Assembly: GCA_026387085.1 (NCBI GenBank)
Contig: JAPLMK010000093.1
Coordinates: 1-47,985 of the forward strand
DNA length: 47,985 nucleotides
Direction of reading: 5' to 3'
DNA from: Candidatus Omnitrophota bacterium
GTDB taxonomy: Bacteria > Ratteibacteria > UBA8468 > MWAK01
This document shows positions 44,441 through 47,985 of the stretch, one piece after another; within the stretch, counting starts at the first letter, position 1, and every line of letters starts with the position of its first letter. The notes beneath the pieces are model-generated. The model was not told where the DNA came from. It did no database searches and saw only the letters and a program-made list of their open reading frames with translations. A program made the position numbers and the translations under genes.

Positions 44441-44556
44441 CAGATAAGCTTACCTGAAGGTGGGGATTCGAGCGGAGAGAAGGAAGGTGTTGCGACTGAT
44501 TAAGGAGCAATACCAGCGGGGGGCCGAGTCGAACGTCGTGAAGTGAGACCGCTGAT

Positions 44557-44573
44557 ATCCCACCCTTTCCGCA
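44557..44573 (+). repeat. Direct repeat of the tRNA-Ser 3' end (att-like scar)
   Basis: atcccaccctttccgca matches tRNA positions 44426-44442 (atcccaccctctccgca) at 16 of 17 nt, 131 nt downstream. Confidence 0.6.
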
Positions 44574-44794
44574 AGGATTTTCCTGCCTTAGGGAAATCCC
44601 TTATGGAATAAGATTAAACCGGTGTATTTGACTGATTTTCGATAGTTCCGCCTGATTTCCGGGCGGAAAACGGTGAAGACCGTTGTGGGACATAGAAGTG
44701 GTCAGCGCGCGGGTGGTAAATGTAATTATATAACAGCACACAGGAAAAACAACAAAGGTTAAAGTAATTTTTAATAACACAATAAGGGGGTTTT

Positions 44795-45586
44795 GTGAAT
44801 AAAGCTCTGCGATGGACCAGTGCTTTTTATCTCTTTTTTTTTCTTATTCTGGGCGCACGCTTTCTTACGGCCGGCATAAATACAATCCCGGCACAAATGG
44901 AGACAAAAGAGATGAAGCAAGTAAGAGTTGAACGCCTGTTGTCCAAGTTGGCAAAAGGAGAGCAGGTAACGATTGTGACCTTAGGTGATTCCAACACGGA
45001 ATTGACCTTCCATACCCGCGGATGCCTGAACTGGGTCGGCCTCTTGCAGGAAGCCCTGTTTGAGAAGTATGGAGCCAATAGGGTGATAATGATAAATGCC
45101 GGCTGTTGCGGAGAAATTGCCTCCGGAGGTCTGATGAGATTGGACAGAGACGTTATCAGGTTTAATCCGGACCTGGTGATAATCTGTTACTGGGATGGCG
45201 ATATGGGCCCTCTCAAAAAGATAGTTCAAGGGATACAATCTTCTACGAAAGCCGAGGTTCTCTTGCGAACTCCAAACCCTATTGTTGCCACCAACCAGCC
45301 GCAGACAACACCTGCGGTAGTTTGCGGAAAAGAGTGGCCGGGTTCTGATAAGGGAGAGGCGGCAAAGAAGATTGTCGCCCTAGGCAAAGAGCTGAATATC
45401 CCGGTGGTTGATCACTACAAGTCCTGGATGGAGGCGGACGCTTTTCATGACGGTCCGCCCGTTTCCAATCCAAACAAACTCTGGCTGCGTATGTCTGATG
45501 CTTTTCACCCCGGACCTTTGGGTCATATTGCGTTCTACCGAGACCTAGCTCCTTTTTTCGGGTTACCTGTTAAACTATCCACCTAA
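44795..45586 (+). CDS. Secreted or anchored SGNH/GDSL-family hydrolase
   Basis: GTG start and an N-terminal hydrophobic segment. IVTLGDSNTE block I, NAGCCGE block II and a SDAFHPGPLGH block V. Confidence 0.75.
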   Translation: MNKALRWTSAFYLFFFLILGARFLTAGINTIPAQMETKEMKQVRVERLLSKLAKGEQVTIVTLGDSNTELTFHTRGCLNWVGLLQEALFEKYGANRVIMINAGCCGEIASGGLMRLDRDVIRFNPDLVIICYWDGDMGPLKKIVQGIQSSTKAEVLLRTPNPIVATNQPQTTPAVVCGKEWPGSDKGEAAKKIVALGKELNIPVVDHYKSWMEADAFHDGPPVSNPNKLWLRMSDAFHPGPLGHIAFYRDLAPFFGLPVKLST

Positions 45587-45605
45587 AAATAGAGGAGTAT
45601 TATAA

Positions 45606-46811
45606 ATGTTGAATGTCAAGAAACTCTTACACAACGCTGCATACCATCCGGCTGAAATCGAAAAAATCCTTGATAAGAAGAACCCGGCTATTCTCAAGTT
45701 TGACCCGGAACTGGGGTATCTTCACAGAAATCACGCTTTTCGGGACGGTATGGACGATACCGTCACAACAGGTACCTATGACCCGCGCAGCGGGAACCGG
45801 AAGATGATCAATTATGCGGACCAACCGTGCCGCATCAACACCTATGGCAACAGTTATACGCAATGTGCGCAGGTCAGCGACGGCGAAACCTGGCAGGAAG
45901 TTCTGGCGGCTCATTTCCGCGAGCCTATCCGGAATTTTGGTGTCGGCGGCCACGGAGTGTACCAGGCATACCGGAGGGCAATGCGCGTTGAAGTAACCAA
46001 CCTTGCCGCCGAGTACATCATTTTGAACATCTGGGACGATGACCACATGCGCAACATTGAAGCGGCACGCTGGCCCCGGGTGGCCTGGCTAGTCAGGGAT
46101 CTTCCCCGGGGTGGCATCGGCCGGGACACCTATCCCGTACATGGATTTCCTTGGGCGCATCTCCGTTACGACCTCAATAAAAACAAGTTCGTTGAATTGC
46201 CCGGTTCCTGCAAAAAGGCGGAAGACCTCCGGAAGTTAACTGACCGTGACTATTATTATGAAACGTTCAAGAATGACACGGTCGTCAACCTTTTCGTGAT
46301 GAGAGAAGGCGGCGAAGTGGCGGCGGAACAAGTAGCAGAACTTGAAAAACTGGCCGAGGTTTTTGGGATGAAGCTTAACCTGAGAAACCCGGCGCAGCGG
46401 ATAGACGATGCGCGCAAACTGAATCTTGCGTATGGGATGCGGTCCACCATGTACCTGCTTGACAATTTTAGACGGTGGGCGCAGAAACAGAATCGGAAAT
46501 TGTTGGTGCTGCTAAGCTATAATGTTCCGTCGGTACAGAAGATTATTGAAAAGAATGAACGCTTTGACGAAGAATTCCTGAATTATCTTAAGCGCAACAA
46601 TGTTCTTTTTGTCGACTGTCTGGCGAAAGCTGCGGAAGATTATCGGATACACAACCTCTCCATCGACAACTACCTTAGTCAATATTACGTCGGAAGAGCC
46701 GGAGCTCAGGTATTTGGGCACTACAACCCAGCCGGTAACTTCTGGTTCGCCTCAGCCGTCAGGAAAGAACTGGTTAACTGGCTTAATCCAAAACCGCCTG
46801 CCTACCGGTAG
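45606..46811 (+). CDS. Hypothetical protein, SGNH-hydrolase-like
   Basis: INTYGNSYT (GDS-like block with Ser retained), FGVGGHG and a C-terminal FGHYNPAGNFWFA (DxxH-like position) suggest a divergent SGNH fold. Weak. Confidence 0.4.
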   Translation: MLNVKKLLHNAAYHPAEIEKILDKKNPAILKFDPELGYLHRNHAFRDGMDDTVTTGTYDPRSGNRKMINYADQPCRINTYGNSYTQCAQVSDGETWQEVLAAHFREPIRNFGVGGHGVYQAYRRAMRVEVTNLAAEYIILNIWDDDHMRNIEAARWPRVAWLVRDLPRGGIGRDTYPVHGFPWAHLRYDLNKNKFVELPGSCKKAEDLRKLTDRDYYYETFKNDTVVNLFVMREGGEVAAEQVAELEKLAEVFGMKLNLRNPAQRIDDARKLNLAYGMRSTMYLLDNFRRWAQKQNRKLLVLLSYNVPSVQKIIEKNERFDEEFLNYLKRNNVLFVDCLAKAAEDYRIHNLSIDNYLSQYYVGRAGAQVFGHYNPAGNFWFASAVRKELVNWLNPKPPAYR

Positions 46812-46889
46812 ACAAATGATGCGGTCTTGAAAGCAAAAGTTGCCCTGGAAGCGCTGAAAGGCGAAAGGACCATGGTGCAGTTAAGCAGT
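46812..46889 (+). pseudogene. Relic of an IS3-family transposase OrfA (HTH_Tnp_1 region), about 25 codons
   Basis: Hand translation TNDAVLKAKVALEALKGERTMVQLSS resembles the conserved ..FKAKVALEALKGEKT..ELA.. block of IS3-type OrfA. There is no start codon and no remainder of the gene. Confidence 0.5.
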
Positions 46890-46932
46890 CCGCTAAAATT
46901 TCCTTTCTTAAAAAACCATTAGTGTACATAAA

Positions 46933-47985
46933 ATGAAAAAATTATTTGGGCTGTTTTTTGCCGGGCTGGTGTGCTTAATGTTGCCTGGTAGAACGTTTTC
47001 TTCGGAGATGCCCAATAAACCTTCGGTTAAATTGGGCGTAGAGGTTCTTGTTGAAAAGAGGCTGGATTTAATAAAAGGCAAGAAGGTGGGCTTGATTACC
47101 AACCGGAGCGGAACGGATAGCCGCCTTAATTCTTCCATTGACCTTATTTACGGCATTCCGGGGGTGAAGCTGGTCGCTCTTTATGCTCCGGAACACGGAA
47201 TCAGAGGTGGTCTGATGGGTGAGGTTGAAAACGAAACAGACCAAAAGACCGGGATACCGGTCTTCAGCCTTTACGGAAAGACAAAAAGGCCCACCCGGCA
47301 AATGCTCAAGGATGTTGAGGTGCTGCTTTTTGACATTCAGGATATCGGTTCCCGTTCTTATACCTATATTACCACTCTCAAATATTGTATGGAGGAAGCC
47401 GCTAAGAATCAGATACCAGTCATTATTCTGGACCGGCCCAATCCGGTTAACGGTCTTTTGATTGATGGTCCGGCGCTGAATCCGGAATTTGAATCTTTCA
47501 TCGGAGCCGGTCCGCTTGCCTATCTGCACGGAATGACCATCGGAGAGGTTGGCCGTTATTTAAATAAAGAAATGCAGATTAACTGTGACCTTGAAGTGGT
47601 GCTGATGGAAGGGTGGAAGCGAAGCATGTCCTGGCGGGATACGGGTCTGGTCTGGACACCGACTTCGCCTCACATCCCGGAGATGGATTCCGCCTGGTTT
47701 TATCCGGTAACGGGTATTTTGGGGGAACTGTCTGTCGTAAGCGTGGGGGTGGGTTATACGCTTCCGTTTAAAATTATCGGGGCGCCCTGGATGGATGCGG
47801 AAAAGATTGCCCAGGAGTTAAATAAGCGCCGTATACCCGGTGTCTATTTTCAACCCTTCAGTTTTGTGCCTTTTTACAATAAATTTAAAGATGAACCGTG
47901 TAACGGCTTCCGGATTATCATTCGGGATGAAACGGTCTTCCGGCCTGTGGCAACCGGATACCATATCATTGACGCCCTTTTGAAG
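46933..47985 (+). CDS. DUF1343 family protein (NamZ-like exo-beta-N-acetylmuramidase), 3' end beyond the window
   Basis: Open frame from ATG 46933 to the window end (351 codons, not in the ORF track). Signal peptide, then KVGLITN.SG, LFDIQD.G.R.YTYI and ILDRPNP motifs typical of DUF1343. Confidence 0.8.
   Translation, partial: MKKLFGLFFAGLVCLMLPGRTFSSEMPNKPSVKLGVEVLVEKRLDLIKGKKVGLITNRSGTDSRLNSSIDLIYGIPGVKLVALYAPEHGIRGGLMGEVENETDQKTGIPVFSLYGKTKRPTRQMLKDVEVLLFDIQDIGSRSYTYITTLKYCMEEAAKNQIPVIILDRPNPVNGLLIDGPALNPEFESFIGAGPLAYLHGMTIGEVGRYLNKEMQINCDLEVVLMEGWKRSMSWRDTGLVWTPTSPHIPEMDSAWFYPVTGILGELSVVSVGVGYTLPFKIIGAPWMDAEKIAQELNKRRIPGVYFQPFSFVPFYNKFKDEPCNGFRIIIRDETVFRPVATGYHIIDALLK

Overview
Bacterial window of about 48 kb, mid-GC by eye, read without homology searches; calls rest on motifs in the translations, gene order and repeats found by eye. 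Positions 1-12347 are a nearly complete S10(3' part)-spc-alpha ribosomal superoperon (rplB end, rpsS through rplQ, including secY-adk-map-infA-rpmJ) with no rpmD. It carries three oddities: a perfect 57-nt in-frame tandem duplication in rplX, a 303-nt structured insert between rpsH and rplF, and an rpoA with no recognisable alpha-CTD. Next come a eukaryote-type UDP-sugar pyrophosphorylase, TolQ/ExbB-TolR/ExbD-TonB-like genes, an FGE-sulfatase-domain protein and lysS. The best candidate for an undescribed system is a tightly packed co-directional module at 19148-26052. It holds an anchored TPR protein, a secreted M28-fold protein with degenerate catalytic motifs, a 922-aa FtsX/MacB-type permease with no ATPase gene in the window, and a 652-aa polytopic OPT-like protein. 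The rest is housekeeping and accessory genes: birA-like, DUF1559 pilin-like, nadB, trpE-trpG, dnaJ, sugar-phosphate isomerase, clpC, three SGNH hydrolases, a GH4 glycosidase, an ArsP-like/ArsR/thioredoxin-like/ACR3 cluster, FNT channel, PLD lipoprotein, bioY, nitroreductase, tRNA-Ser(GGA), an IS3-type transposase relic and a partial DUF1343/NamZ gene. Most intergenic gaps outside the ribosomal operon (plus the rpsH-rplF spacer within it) hold members of at least six short palindromic repeat families. Some lie directly upstream of start codons or have been absorbed into coding sequence. The DUF1559 pilin-like protein and the repeat content suggest an uncultivated PVC-group or Omnitrophota-like lineage, but that is inference only. 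No CRISPR array, reverse transcriptase, integrase or intact transposase was seen.
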